Below, in pieces: positions 1 through 9,381 of a stretch of DNA of 64,000 bases. The position numbers and the translations under genes are program-made. The notes beneath the pieces are model-generated. The model searched no databases, was not told where the DNA came from, and worked only from the letters and a program-made list of their open reading frames with translations. The stretch's first letter is position 1. Every line of letters starts with the position of its first letter. The DNA comes from Chryseobacterium gleum (lineage in GTDB: Bacteria; Bacteroidota; Bacteroidia; Flavobacteriales_D; Sanyastnellaceae), in contig CAMCVP010000005.1 in assembly GCA_945881835.1 (NCBI GenBank), forward strand, positions 62,948 through 126,947. Direction: 5' to 3'.

Positions 1-603
1 AAAAAAGATATAGAAAAATGGTACACCCATTTGCATTGCTGAAAACATAGCTTGAATGGCACTTAAAAAAGGAACTATTACCAATAGCATCAATGATACA
101 GACAATGCAATTTCACTGATATTTCCAGTGGAATAAACCGCCAATGAAAGTGGTACTATTAGCACCAACACCGCAAACCGCGAGGTTAGTGCGAGATATT
201 TGTTGTAATCTTCTAAGGCCGAAGATGCCCCCGCGGTGATAAAAGAAACCGTCCAAGTTAAAAGCCACTTCGCACCGAACAACACAACCATTATTCCCAC
301 ACCGACGAAAAATTGATAAAATGGAAGTAACGTAAAGATGTCGGAAAAATAACGTTTGCTCGTCAACGTGAGCACTAATCCACCCATGAAGAAAAAACAA
401 ACCAACAATCCAAAATTCTTCCAAGCATGACCATCTCGTCGGTCTTCTTGTTTAAAGAATCTCCTACTTACCACTGACCGAAGTATCGCACGCAATACAG
501 TGTTGTCGCGGTTTACCCACGCAATTACACCCAACGCAAAGACGAAGATGAGCAACATCCAGTCTTCAGACAGTTGATTGGCTATGCGAACGGTTGGATT
601 CAT
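1..603 (-). CDS. Polytopic membrane protein, 3-prime end cut by the window edge (DUF4271-like is a guess)
   Basis: I translated the minus frame from ATG 603..601: MNPTVRIANQLSEDWMLLIFVFALGVIAWVNRDN... It stays open for all 201 codons to position 1 and has several hydrophobic helices. Its start overlaps the rluB stop (TAATG). It is absent from the ORF track because there is no stop in the window. Confidence 0.6.
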   Translation of the reverse strand, partial: MNPTVRIANQLSEDWMLLIFVFALGVIAWVNRDNTVLRAILRSVVSRRFFKQEDRRDGHAWKNFGLLVCFFFMGGLVLTLTSKRYFSDIFTLLPFYQFFVGVGIMVVLFGAKWLLTWTVSFITAGASSALEDYNKYLALTSRFAVLVLIVPLSLAVYSTGNISEIALSVSLMLLVIVPFLSAIQAMFSAMQMGVPFFYIFF

Positions 604-1973
604 TAACGAATCATTTTCAAGAATCCGATTTCACCCTCTGTAAGTGGTCTATATCTTCCTCTTGTTAATTCTTTCTTCGTTAAACCTGCATACATCACAC
701 GATCCAATTTCACTACAGTGTATCCAAAGTGCTCGAACATACGACGTACAATTCTATTTCTTCCGCTGTGTATACGAATACCTACTTGCTTCTTCGCGTT
801 TACCCCTTCCACGTATTCAATCTCATCTGCTTTAATGAACCCATCGTCAAGGGTAAATCCTTCACGCATTTGATCAATGTGCTCAGATCTAACTTTCTGA
901 TCGGTTTCAACATGGTACAACTTCGGAAACTCGTGCTTCGGATGCATTAAGCGTTTCGCTAATTCACCGTCATTGGTGAACAGCAATAAGCCTGTGGTTG
1001 CGCGGTCTAATCTTCCTACGGGATAGATACGCTCTACACATGCGTCTTTCACTAAATCCATTACCGTTCTTCTTCCTTCCGGATCTTCCATTGTGGTTAA
1101 GAAACCTTTCGGCTTATTCAACAAGAAGTAACGTAGTTTTTCTGGACGAAGAACCGCATCGTCGTATTTCACAACGTCGTTCTTTGGATCTATTTTCAAT
1201 CCCAATTCTTTCACAACAACACCGTTAACGTTTACCAATCCCAATTCAATCAATTGGTCGGCTTCGCGACGTGATGCAATACCTGCGTTGCTCAAGAATT
1301 TATTCAAACGAATCAACCCTTCGCGCTCGGTCTTGCTTATGTATGCTTTTTCTGGAACGAACTCTTTATGCAGTCCGCCACTCTTTTCCATTTTCTTCTC
1401 TTCCTTTATACGTTCGCGCGCGTTTGAACGATAAGGCTTCGGAGCATCTTCGTCGCGCACAAATTTCTTCGGTGCGACAGTTTTCTTCGGACGAAGTCCC
1501 AAGACGTTCTTCCCACGGTCATGACGACTGGTATCTTTTGGAGCCTTTGCTGGACGCTCAGGGCGTGCTGCTGGTTTAAACTCTGGACGCTCTGCGTCGA
1601 AACGACTTTCTTTTCTTCCGCCTTGACGGTTTGAACGTCCTCCGCCTGTTGGTCTTGCACCACCTCTTCCGCCTTCACTTCTTCCTTCGCCACGAGCAGG
1701 TCGCTCTGGACGCTCACTGCGTTCTGGTCTAGCAGAACCTGAACGTACAGGACGATCTGGTCTAGCAGATCCTGAACGTACGGGGCGGTCGGGTCTATCA
1801 GATCCTGAACGAACAGGACGATCCGGACGAGCAGCACCTCCACGCGCAGGACGATCGGGTCTCGCCGAAGAAGAACGCTCTGGACGAGCTCCTCTTTCAG
1901 GTCGTTCTGTTTTTGATGAACCCGAACGAGCGGGGCGCTCGGTGCGAGAACGATTTGGTTTTGGATTAGGCAT
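603..1973 (-). CDS. rluB: 23S rRNA pseudouridine synthase (RluB/RsuA family) with a ~215-aa Arg/Pro/Ser-rich N-terminal extension
   Basis: S4 domain (IRLNKFLSNAGIASRREADQLI) followed by the RsuA-family catalytic motif GRLDRATTGLLLFTNDG. The N-terminus is low complexity and basic. Confidence 0.85.
   Translation of the reverse strand: MPNPKPNRSRTERPARSGSSKTERPERGARPERSSSARPDRPARGGAARPDRPVRSGSDRPDRPVRSGSARPDRPVRSGSARPERSERPERPARGEGRSEGGRGGARPTGGGRSNRQGGRKESRFDAERPEFKPAARPERPAKAPKDTSRHDRGKNVLGLRPKKTVAPKKFVRDEDAPKPYRSNARERIKEEKKMEKSGGLHKEFVPEKAYISKTEREGLIRLNKFLSNAGIASRREADQLIELGLVNVNGVVVKELGLKIDPKNDVVKYDDAVLRPEKLRYFLLNKPKGFLTTMEDPEGRRTVMDLVKDACVERIYPVGRLDRATTGLLLFTNDGELAKRLMHPKHEFPKLYHVETDQKVRSEHIDQMREGFTLDDGFIKADEIEYVEGVNAKKQVGIRIHSGRNRIVRRMFEHFGYTVVKLDRVMYAGLTKKELTRGRYRPLTEGEIGFLKMIR
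1689..1862 (-). repeat. In-frame tandem 33-nt repeats encoding RPDRPVRSGS(A/D) units inside rluB
   Basis: The peptide shows ARPDRPVRSGSDRPDRPVRSGSARPDRPVRSGSARPERSERPERPARG. The nucleotide units ...cctgaacgtacaggacgatctggtctagcaga... visibly reiterate. Confidence 0.8.
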
Positions 1974-1988
1974 AATGAATTATTAATG

Positions 1989-1996
1989 CAAAAATA
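1989..1996 (-). promoter_or_regulatory. Candidate Bacteroidota -7 box (TATTTTTG on minus strand) upstream of rluB
   Basis: Exact TAnnTTTG match 15 nt upstream of the rluB ATG (1973). It overlaps the T-tail of the rplY terminator. Confidence 0.3.
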
Positions 1997-2030
1997 AAGG
2001 GACACCTTCAAATTGAGGTGTCCCTTTTTT
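1991..2030 (-). terminator. Rho-independent terminator after rplY (bidirectional shape)
   Basis: 11-bp stem aaagggacacc (1996-2006) / ggtgtcccttt (2017-2027). It is flanked by an A-run on plus (T-run on minus) and by a T-run on plus. Confidence 0.75.
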
Positions 2031-2043
2031 AATTGGGCGAAAA

Positions 2044-2640
2044 TTATTTTTTCTTCTTTCCTTCTGGTGCTTTGTCTGCAGTAGCAGCAGCGATAGAAGC
2101 ACGAGTTGCTTGAACTGCAACAACAGCAGCAGCTTCAGCTTCCAATACTTTACAACCAGGAAGAGATATCTCACGAACACGAATCATATCACCAATTTTC
2201 AAGTTAGTGATATCAAGCATGATTTCGTTTGGAAGTTCTTCCGGCTTTCCGAAAACGCGAACCTTACGGTAGTTGATCGCCAAACGACCACCCGCTTTCA
2301 CTCCTTCCGAGTTACCCGTTACACGAACAGGTAAAGCTGTTTTTACTTCTTTTCCAGGTACTAATTCCAATACGTCCATGTGTACCACTTTGTCGGTTAC
2401 AGGGTGACGTTGTACTTCTTGAATAATACCATGACGAACAGTTCCGTCGATTTCGATTAACAATTCCAAGGTGTCTGAAGACGCCATGATTTTGTCCATT
2501 ACTTTGGTGGTAATGCTAAAGTGTGTAGAAGAGTTACCACCGTAGATAACGCCAGGGATGTCCCCGTTACGACGTAGTTCTGCAGCATTTTGTCTTCCTA
2601 CGCTCTCGCGGAGAGAGCCGCTCAATGAAAATTGCTTCAT
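2044..2640 (-). CDS. rplY: 50S ribosomal protein L25 / general stress protein Ctc
   Basis: The N-terminus MKQFSLSGSLRESVGRQNAAELRRNGDIPGVIYGG is typical of L25/Ctc, the C-terminal tail is Lys-rich, and the gene is adjacent to prs and pth. Confidence 0.9.
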   Translation of the reverse strand: MKQFSLSGSLRESVGRQNAAELRRNGDIPGVIYGGNSSTHFSITTKVMDKIMASSDTLELLIEIDGTVRHGIIQEVQRHPVTDKVVHMDVLELVPGKEVKTALPVRVTGNSEGVKAGGRLAINYRKVRVFGKPEELPNEIMLDITNLKIGDMIRVREISLPGCKVLEAEAAAVVAVQATRASIAAATADKAPEGKKKK

Positions 2641-2651
2641 GTTATTTGATT

Positions 2652-3593
2652 TTAAGAGATAATAAATTTCGAACTGATACTTTTGTTTTCAATCAGGTTT
2701 TGAAGAACGCTCGCGAATAATTCGGAAATGTCTAACACCGTGATTTTATCTGATTGCTTTCCTTCTTTCAAAGGAACGCTATTGGTTACAATTAATTCTT
2801 GCAACACGGAATCTTGAATACGTTCGTAAGCTGGACCGCTCATTACAGCGTGTGTGCACATGGCACGAACGCTGAGTGCACCGTGTTCCAACATCATTTC
2901 TGCAGCTTTGCACAACGTTCCTGCTGTGTCTACCATGTCGTCTACGATTATCACATCTTTCCCTCTCACATCACCAATAACGGTCATGCTTTCAATTTGG
3001 TTAGCAGCCTTGCGTTGCTTGTAGCAGATAGCAAGATCACAACCCAATATTTTCGCGTAAGCACTTGCACGTTTTGTTCCTCCGGTATCAGGAGCAGCAA
3101 TAACCAAGTTGGTCATATTTTTTGCCTGAAGGAAAGGAATCATTATGGTGCTTGCATATAAATGATCTACAGGCACCTCGAAGAATCCTTGAATTTGCTC
3201 TGCATGAAGGTCCATGGTTATTACACGGTCTACTCCTGCAGCAGTAAGCAGATTAGCAACAAGCTTCGCTCCTATTGGAACACGTGGCTTGTCTTTTCTG
3301 TCTTGTCTTGCCAATCCGAAGTATGGCATAACGGCAACAATACGTTTGGCAGACGCGCGTTTCGCGGCATCTATCAAGAGTAAAAGTTCCATTAAATTAT
3401 CTTGTGGTGGGAAGGTTGACTGAACAATAATCACATCCTTTCCGCGCACTGTTTCTTCAATAGACGGAGCAAACTCACCGTCGCTAAAGCGTTGAATCAA
3501 TACGTTTCCGAGCTCAGTTCCAAAAGAATGTGCAATGCCTTCGCCTAAGTATTTAGACGCCGAGCCAGAAAGAATTTTAACCATGTCGTTCAT
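2652..3593 (-). CDS. prs: Ribose-phosphate pyrophosphokinase
   Basis: 313 aa with FSDGE, YFGLARQDRK and the PRPP-binding loop DVIIVDDMVDTAGT. Confidence 0.95.
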   Translation of the reverse strand: MNDMVKILSGSASKYLGEGIAHSFGTELGNVLIQRFSDGEFAPSIEETVRGKDVIIVQSTFPPQDNLMELLLLIDAAKRASAKRIVAVMPYFGLARQDRKDKPRVPIGAKLVANLLTAAGVDRVITMDLHAEQIQGFFEVPVDHLYASTIMIPFLQAKNMTNLVIAAPDTGGTKRASAYAKILGCDLAICYKQRKAANQIESMTVIGDVRGKDVIIVDDMVDTAGTLCKAAEMMLEHGALSVRAMCTHAVMSGPAYERIQDSVLQELIVTNSVPLKEGKQSDKITVLDISELFASVLQNLIENKSISSKFIIS

Positions 3594-3615
3594 AACAGTA
3601 CCTTGAAAAGGAGTG

Positions 3616-3623
3616 CAAAGATA
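3616..3623 (-). promoter_or_regulatory. Candidate -7 box (TATCTTTG) for prs-rplY
   Basis: Exact TAnnTTTG on the minus strand, 22 nt upstream of the prs ATG, in the only gap (64 nt) of this gene string. Confidence 0.4.
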
Positions 3624-3657
3624 GTTAATTTATTGAGAATGACAAGGGGAAGAGCTT

Positions 3658-4221
3658 CTACTTCGAATTAAACGTGTTCATCGTTAACCCTAAACCAATG
3701 AACGCGAACGACAAACATCCTTGAGCCGATTTCTGAACCACAGCTTCCAAGCCCTCCTTCTCTTCGCCGGTCCATTCGCCCAAAACATAGTCTACTTGCT
3801 GACCTTTAGCAAACTCCTTCCCTACACCCACACGAATTCGTGCGTAATCTCCCGTATTCAAAATCTGCTGAATGTGCTTCAATCCGTTGTGCCCACCGTC
3901 GCTGCCCTTGCCGCGCATGCGAACCTTTCCAAAAGGCAAAGCCAAATCATCGGTCACAACCATAACATGCTCCAAAGCAATCTTCTCTTGCTGCATCCAA
4001 TAGCGCACAGCATTTCCAGATAAATTCATGTAGGTGGAAGGTTTAATGACAATGAATGTCTTTCCCTTCGAACGAAATTCTGTTTTGTCGGCGTAACGCT
4101 CAGTAGAAAAAGTAGCGTTATGCTTTGCCGCTAACTCGTCGGCAACCAAGAACCCAATGTTATGACGGGTATTCGCGTATTCCGCGCCTATGTTTCCCAG
4201 TCCAACAATTAAGAACTTCAT
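3658..4221 (-). CDS. pth: Peptidyl-tRNA hydrolase
   Basis: MKFLIVGLGNIGAEYANTRHNIGF is the canonical Pth N-terminus. I placed the start at ATG 4221, 1 nt after the upstream stop; the track start at 4242 would overlap the methyltransferase gene. Confidence 0.9.
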   Translation of the reverse strand: MKFLIVGLGNIGAEYANTRHNIGFLVADELAAKHNATFSTERYADKTEFRSKGKTFIVIKPSTYMNLSGNAVRYWMQQEKIALEHVMVVTDDLALPFGKVRMRGKGSDGGHNGLKHIQQILNTGDYARIRVGVGKEFAKGQQVDYVLGEWTGEEKEGLEAVVQKSAQGCLSFAFIGLGLTMNTFNSK

Positions 4222-4222
4222 C

Positions 4223-5023
4223 CTACTTCCAAGCTTTAACAATTAGTCCTGTTCCTGTGCTGTGCGTTCCTTTCACATCGAACACATTCAACAACAACGC
4301 GAAGGGCATGGTTACCAAATAATAGATCGGCAACACAATGAAAAACGCCTTCGACTTATTCAACATAAGCATGGGATACTTCATAGACAACTTCCAAGAA
4401 ATCTTTCCAGGAGCACCGTAACTGTAACGCGCATCAACTTTCGAGAATCCTGCACGAAGACATTTCTCTTCAATCTCATCAATGCCATAACCATCGCGAA
4501 CGTGCTCTTCAATAAACGAAGTCTCTCCGTCATCGTGCACGTCACTTCCACCCATATTACTTGGCGTGCTAATTAAAAGCATGCCTCCTGTTTTTAAACT
4601 GTTGCAATAGTTGGTCAACACCTGAACGTCTTCTTCAATGTGCTCCATAACATCTACGCACAAAACCAAATCGAATTTCTCTGGCTGAACAAACGTCACC
4701 AAATCACCCACTTCAAACTTCACTTCCTTCTTTCCCAATTGTTGGAAAAACGCATTGCAATCGGCAACCTGCTCTTCCTTCACATCAACCGCTAATATCT
4801 CGGCTTGAGAAAACTTCTTGCTCATCCAGAACGAATACTGTCCGAAACCAGACCCAGCGTCCAATATCTGCTTCACCGCACTGCCATTGAGTTTTCTAAG
4901 CTCATTGCGTATGTGCCATGAACGAAGAAGTAACACGTCTAACAAAAAATAAAACAACTTGCGCAAGAACGGGGTGCGATTAAAAACACCACCTAAACTG
5001 CGTTTAATAGGATCGTAATGCAT
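4223..5023 (-). CDS. Class I SAM-dependent methyltransferase with hydrophobic C-terminal segment
   Basis: Motif I ILDAGSGFGQY, then DLVLCVDVMEHI. The C-terminus FFIVLPIYYLVTMPFALLLNVF looks membrane-embedded. Confidence 0.75.
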   Translation of the reverse strand: MHYDPIKRSLGGVFNRTPFLRKLFYFLLDVLLLRSWHIRNELRKLNGSAVKQILDAGSGFGQYSFWMSKKFSQAEILAVDVKEEQVADCNAFFQQLGKKEVKFEVGDLVTFVQPEKFDLVLCVDVMEHIEEDVQVLTNYCNSLKTGGMLLISTPSNMGGSDVHDDGETSFIEEHVRDGYGIDEIEEKCLRAGFSKVDARYSYGAPGKISWKLSMKYPMLMLNKSKAFFIVLPIYYLVTMPFALLLNVFDVKGTHSTGTGLIVKAWK

Positions 5024-5025
5024 GT

Positions 5026-5364
5026 TTACTTCTTCAATAAATTATCAATGGTCTCGTAATAATCCAATGAGTCGTCAATGTAATACTGCAACTCAGGAAC
5101 CTTGCGCATTTGCTTTCCCACCTTCAAACCCAATTCTCTTTTCACGGAAGAATGGTTTTGCTTCAACAATTTCAACGTTTCATCCTTTTTATCTGAAGGA
5201 AAAACACTGATGTATATGCGTGCTAAACTTAAATCGGGAGCCACACGTGTTTGCGTAATGGTTACCATGGTTCCACCCAACCACTCACGCGAATTCTGTT
5301 GAAACAACACCGATAACTCGCGCTTGATTAATGAACCGAATTTTTCTAAACGTACTCCTGCCAT
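5026..5364 (-). CDS. rbfA: Ribosome-binding factor A
   Basis: ~112 aa containing VTITQTRVAPDLSLARIYISV, which is typical of RbfA. I chose the start at ATG 5364 because a -7 box lies 4 nt upstream. Confidence 0.85.
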   Translation of the reverse strand: MAGVRLEKFGSLIKRELSVLFQQNSREWLGGTMVTITQTRVAPDLSLARIYISVFPSDKKDETLKLLKQNHSSVKRELGLKVGKQMRKVPELQYYIDDSLDYYETIDNLLKK

Positions 5365-5368
5365 GCTG

Positions 5369-5376
5369 CAAAGGTA
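5369..5376 (-). promoter_or_regulatory. Candidate -7 box (TACCTTTG) for rbfA operon
   Basis: Exact TAnnTTTG on the minus strand, ending 4 nt before ATG 5364, in a divergent intergenic region. Confidence 0.4.
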
Positions 5377-5418
5377 CAACAGGATGTATTTGATTGTTTT
5401 TTGCTTTTACTTTGCGCA

Positions 5419-5901
5419 ATGGAAATGACACAGGTTCGAAAAGGAACGAAGGCCGATTTGCGCGAAGCGCTTGCCCTGATTCAAGAATTAGCAGTGTACG
5501 AAAAAGAACCCGAAGCGGTTGTTGTTTCTGTTGAACAAATGGAGGCATGGGGATTTCAAGAAAATCCACATTTCGAATTTTTTGTTGCAGAGCGAAATGA
5601 ACAAATTGTAGGAATTGCCTTTTATTATATTCGATACAGCACTTGGAAAGGTCCTATGATTTATTTGGAAGATATTGTGGTGAAGGAAGAATCTCGCGGC
5701 AACGGCATTGGCGCCCGCTTGTTTGAAGCGGTTGCGAATGTTTGCGCTGAACGAAATTTCCACGGAATGACTTGGCAGGTGCTCGACTGGAATGAACCCG
5801 CGTTGAATTTCTACAGAAAGTACAACGCTACGTTTTCAGCAGAGTGGTTAAATGGATATTTATTTACTGAACAAATAAGAGAGGCAGCATGGCACAAGTA
5901 A
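5419..5901 (+). CDS. GNAT family N-acetyltransferase
   Basis: Acetyl-CoA binding motif RGNGIGARLFEAV. The first ATG is at 5419 (the track start at 5401 is TTG). The gene overlaps lysC by 13 nt. Confidence 0.8.
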   Translation: MEMTQVRKGTKADLREALALIQELAVYEKEPEAVVVSVEQMEAWGFQENPHFEFFVAERNEQIVGIAFYYIRYSTWKGPMIYLEDIVVKEESRGNGIGARLFEAVANVCAERNFHGMTWQVLDWNEPALNFYRKYNATFSAEWLNGYLFTEQIREAAWHK

Positions 5902-7169
5902 CAGTGCATAAATTCGGAGGAGCTTCGGTTCGAAATTCTGAAGCGGTAAGAAATGTGTGCGACATTTTGAAAGATTTTCCTGAAAACAAAATTGTGATTG
6001 TATCTGCCATGGGTAAAACCACGAACGCGTTGGAAACTATTCACAGCAAGCGTTTCGAAGGAAAGAATTTCGAAAGTGAACTGCAAGAGATTTTCGAATT
6101 TCATCACAACATTGCAAAGGAATTATCGGTTGACACCGACACCGATTGGATTTTGGTATTTGACATGCTTGCACAAATTTGCAAGAATGACATCACCTCA
6201 AGTTTCGACGAAGAGTACGATCGTATTATCGGTTACGGCGAGTATTTGTCTACCGCCATCGTGAATGCTTACTTCAATCAGAACAATCTTTCTTCGAAGC
6301 GTTTGAACAGCGCTGATTATGTGGTTACAGACTCGCGCTTCCGCGATGCGCGTGTGCTTTGGGAAATGAGTGAACAAAGAGTTGATTCACTTCAAAGTGA
6401 ATTTCAATCGCATTCAACGCTTGTCCTTCAGGGCTTTATCGGATCTGCCGCAGAAGGGAAGTTCACTTCATTAGGTCGCGAAGGATCTGATTTTTCCGCA
6501 GCCATATTCGCCTATTTGTTGAACGCTGAATCGGTAACGATTTGGAAAGATGTTCCCGGTTTATTGAATGCAGATCCGAAGTGCTTCATGCCGACACAAC
6601 TTCTCAAAGAGATTTCGTTTCGCGAGGCAGTAGAGTTGGCTTATTACGGTGCGAGTGTGATTCACCCAAGAACCATTAAGCCGCTTCAAAACAAAAACAT
6701 TCCATTGTACATTAAGTCGTTCTTGAATCCGAGTGCAGAAGGAACGAGAATAGTAGAGAAAGCCAATTCCGAATTGGAGGTGGCATCTTACATTTTGAAA
6801 CAGAACCAAACCCTTGTTTCTATTTCAACCAAAGATTTCAGTTTTGTGGTGGAAGACAACCTTACATTTATCTTCAACACCTTCGCTAGCTTGGGCATTC
6901 ATGTGCACATGATGGAAAACTCGGCGCTGAATTTTTCGGTATGTATACCTTCCGATAAAAATAAATTAAAGGCGCTCATTGAACAGTTGAGCGACTTTCA
7001 TGTTAGATACAACGACCACGTTTCAATCTTAACCATTCGTCATCCTAAGCCCATGGTAATGCAACAGCTCCTTCAATACAAAGAAGTTTTGTTGGAACAA
7101 AGAAACCGAACAACCGTTCGGTTTGTGATACGCGGAACTTGGAATTTACCAGAACCCATTAAAGAATAA
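5889..7169 (+). CDS. lysC: Aspartate kinase
   Basis: VHKFGGASV and VVSAMGKTTN motifs, SLGREGSDFSAA, and a C-terminal ACT-like region. Confidence 0.9.
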   Translation: MAQVTVHKFGGASVRNSEAVRNVCDILKDFPENKIVIVSAMGKTTNALETIHSKRFEGKNFESELQEIFEFHHNIAKELSVDTDTDWILVFDMLAQICKNDITSSFDEEYDRIIGYGEYLSTAIVNAYFNQNNLSSKRLNSADYVVTDSRFRDARVLWEMSEQRVDSLQSEFQSHSTLVLQGFIGSAAEGKFTSLGREGSDFSAAIFAYLLNAESVTIWKDVPGLLNADPKCFMPTQLLKEISFREAVELAYYGASVIHPRTIKPLQNKNIPLYIKSFLNPSAEGTRIVEKANSELEVASYILKQNQTLVSISTKDFSFVVEDNLTFIFNTFASLGIHVHMMENSALNFSVCIPSDKNKLKALIEQLSDFHVRYNDHVSILTIRHPKPMVMQQLLQYKEVLLEQRNRTTVRFVIRGTWNLPEPIKE

Positions 7170-7173
7170 GAGT

Positions 7174-7719
7174 ATGAAGATTTACACGAAGAAAGGCGAC
7201 GACGGAAAGACCATGTTATTGGGGGGAACGCGACTTCCGAAACACCACATTCGTATTGCGGCCTATGGTGATGTGGATGAATTGAATTCGTTCATTGGTC
7301 TTGTATCGGATTTGCTTCCTTCACACAAAGAAACCCTTCGTGAAATTCAAAACAATCTTTTTGTCGTTGGAAGTCATTTGGCGACGGAGCCTGATCAAGC
7401 TGAAAAAATTCAACTTCCTGCTCTTGCGGAAAACGCATCTGAAAATCTTGAAAAGGAAATTGATCGTATGACTGCGATGCTTCCTGAATTGAAGCATTTC
7501 ATACTTCCGGGAGGACATGCTACCGTGTCGCACATTCACATTGCAAGAACGGTTTGTAGAAGAACCGAACGCACGGCAACTGCTCTTGCAGAGCTTTCGA
7601 CTGTGAATCCGATTTTCATTCAGTATTTAAATAGATTGTCTGATTATCTCTTCACGCTTTCACGGGCAGCAGCGCATGAGCTAGGTGCTGAAGAAAACAA
7701 ATGGGTTCCGAAAAAATAA
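7174..7719 (+). CDS. PduO-type ATP:cob(I)alamin adenosyltransferase
   Basis: The N-terminus MKIYTKKGDDGKT and FILPGG, at ~180 aa, are typical of the PduO/MMAB family. Confidence 0.85.
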   Translation: MKIYTKKGDDGKTMLLGGTRLPKHHIRIAAYGDVDELNSFIGLVSDLLPSHKETLREIQNNLFVVGSHLATEPDQAEKIQLPALAENASENLEKEIDRMTAMLPELKHFILPGGHATVSHIHIARTVCRRTERTATALAELSTVNPIFIQYLNRLSDYLFTLSRAAAHELGAEENKWVPKK

Positions 7720-8115
7720 TTAGAAGTTCTGCTCAGAGACCAACTTACCGTCTTTAAATAAACTTTGCTTCACCAATTTTCCTGCTTCGTTGTAATCGAG
7801 AAACACGCCGTTCTCTTTACCTCTCGTGTAATACTGATTGCTTTTCAATTTTCCATTCGGATAATAATACTTCCAAGATCCATCTTCAATTGAGCGCTTG
7901 TAAAAGCCTTCCCACTCTAAATTCCCATTAGAATAATAAACTTCTTCCTTAACTATTTCTCCAGTTGTATTCTTAATGTATACAACCACATAGGGTTTTC
8001 CATTCGGATGCTTACGAGCAACATCGCGAGTGGTATTTTCCAACTGAGCAAACGCATCTCTTCCACCTAAAAAAAATGCTATGGCAAGAAGAAAAAGTTT
8101 AAGTGAAATTTTCAT
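7720..8115 (-). CDS. Secreted MORN-repeat (YwqK-like) protein
   Basis: Signal peptide MKISLKLFLLAIAFFLGGRDAFA, then repeats of the type YYSNGNLEWEGFY / YYPNGKLKSNQYY. Confidence 0.7.
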   Translation of the reverse strand: MKISLKLFLLAIAFFLGGRDAFAQLENTTRDVARKHPNGKPYVVVYIKNTTGEIVKEEVYYSNGNLEWEGFYKRSIEDGSWKYYYPNGKLKSNQYYTRGKENGVFLDYNEAGKLVKQSLFKDGKLVSEQNF

Positions 8116-8117
8116 AC

Positions 8118-9308
8118 TTAATTGAAATCTGGATATAATAAATACTTCTTTCGGATTGTCTTATAGTGATCTAAATCGGCTTGCCATGAAGCGCGAATTT
8201 CTTCCTCAGAAACTCCATCGACAATCTGCTTTCGCAACTCCGTGGTTCCAGCTAATTTATCGAAAAAATTCGGAGCAGAAAAAAACTTCTCTTTGTTCGG
8301 ATAACTCTTGTACATAATCATGAGCCAAGAAAGATTCAATTGAGCTGGACGTTTCTCGAAGCTCACCTTAATGCCTTTACAAAGTTGATTTTCGAATGGT
8401 GGATTTGAAGATACTCCAGGTATTTCTTTCGGGGTGAAAGCTATTTCACCGCTCTTGCAATTTGGAAATCCGAATTGCTGAAACGGAAGACTTGTTCCGC
8501 GTCCAATGCTAATGCATGTTCCTTCAAACCAGCATAGACTTGGGTAAGCGTATATGGAAGTGATGTTGGGTAAGTTTGGAGACGGTTTAATGGGCAATTC
8601 GAAATATGAATTATGCGTGTATTGGCTGCAAGGAATAACAGTGAGCTCGCAAGATTTTCCAACAGTTAACCACCCCTCCCCAATAATCATTCTTGCCAAT
8701 TCACCCAACGTACATCCGTGCACCACCGGTATAGGCAGTTGTCCAACAAAAGAATACAATTTCTTCTCGGTCATTACAGGCCCATCTACATAATAGCCGT
8801 TCGGATTGGGTCTATCTAAAACAATTACTTCTTTTTTGCTCAGTGCTGCGGCTTCCATTACCTCTTGCATGGTTGCTAAAAAAGTATAGAACCGAACACC
8901 CACATCTTGAATATCGAAAACAATTACATCTACGTTGGCGAGCATTTCAGGGGTAGGTCGCACATGACTTCCGTATAGCGAAATAATTGGAAGCTTCGTT
9001 TTTTTGTCGGTGCCATCGTTTACATGATCTCCGTTTCCAGCTTCACCTCGAAATCCGTGCTCCGGCGCAAAAATTTTCACCACTTCAATTCCACTTGAAA
9101 GAAGGGTATCTACCAGATGGACATTTCCAATAACACTGGTTTGATTGGCCACTACCGCAACGCGTCTATTCTTCAACAAACCAAAATAAGTTTGAGTTTG
9201 TGAGGCTCCGGAATTTTGCGCGAAGGCAAGGCATGCATTCAGCGCAAAAAGAAAACTCAAAAACAAATGAATTCTGTTGTGTTTCATGGGCACACAAATT
9301 TTGCTCAT
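8118..9308 (-). CDS. DUF1343 family protein (NamZ/YbbC-like exo-beta-N-acetylmuramidase family)
   Basis: VAVVANQTS, FAPEHGFRG, IFDIQDVGVRFYT and LDRPNPNG are hallmark DUF1343 blocks. The true start may be the second ATG (9287), which begins the signal peptide MKHNRIHLFLSF. Confidence 0.8.
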   Translation of the reverse strand: MSKICVPMKHNRIHLFLSFLFALNACLAFAQNSGASQTQTYFGLLKNRRVAVVANQTSVIGNVHLVDTLLSSGIEVVKIFAPEHGFRGEAGNGDHVNDGTDKKTKLPIISLYGSHVRPTPEMLANVDVIVFDIQDVGVRFYTFLATMQEVMEAAALSKKEVIVLDRPNPNGYYVDGPVMTEKKLYSFVGQLPIPVVHGCTLGELARMIIGEGWLTVGKSCELTVIPCSQYTHNSYFELPIKPSPNLPNITSIYAYPSLCWFEGTCISIGRGTSLPFQQFGFPNCKSGEIAFTPKEIPGVSSNPPFENQLCKGIKVSFEKRPAQLNLSWLMIMYKSYPNKEKFFSAPNFFDKLAGTTELRKQIVDGVSEEEIRASWQADLDHYKTIRKKYLLYPDFN

Positions 9309-9366
9309 TCTTAACTAAAATCGAACCGAAATAAATGAAGTTAGTAACTTTCCAATGTCGAAGTCC

Positions 9367-9374
9367 TAACTTTG
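9367..9374 (+). promoter_or_regulatory. Candidate -7 box (TAACTTTG)
   Basis: Exact TAnnTTTG, 7 nt upstream of ATG 9382. Confidence 0.4.
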
Positions 9375-9381
9375 AGCCGCA

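Noticed and set aside
113-424. 103-aa minus-strand ORF in the supplied track
   Set aside because: It lies out of frame within a longer ORF that is open from ATG 603 to the window edge and encodes a plausible multi-helix membrane protein. The 103-aa product has no recognisable features.
1689-1862. Tandem 33-nt repeats considered as a CRISPR array or minisatellite
   Set aside because: The units are directly adjacent with no spacers, are in frame within rluB, and encode a repeating peptide.
1406-2011. 201-aa minus-strand ORF overlapping rluB in another frame
   Set aside because: It is a shadow ORF created by the stop-poor, GC-rich Arg/Pro repeat region. The product is low complexity, and its start lies inside the rplY terminator.
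7720-8115. MORN/YwqK-like protein as an antitoxin or immunity gene of a toxin system
   Set aside because: It has a secretion signal and no adjacent toxin-like or polymorphic-toxin gene. Its neighbours are an adenosyltransferase gene and a DUF1343 gene.
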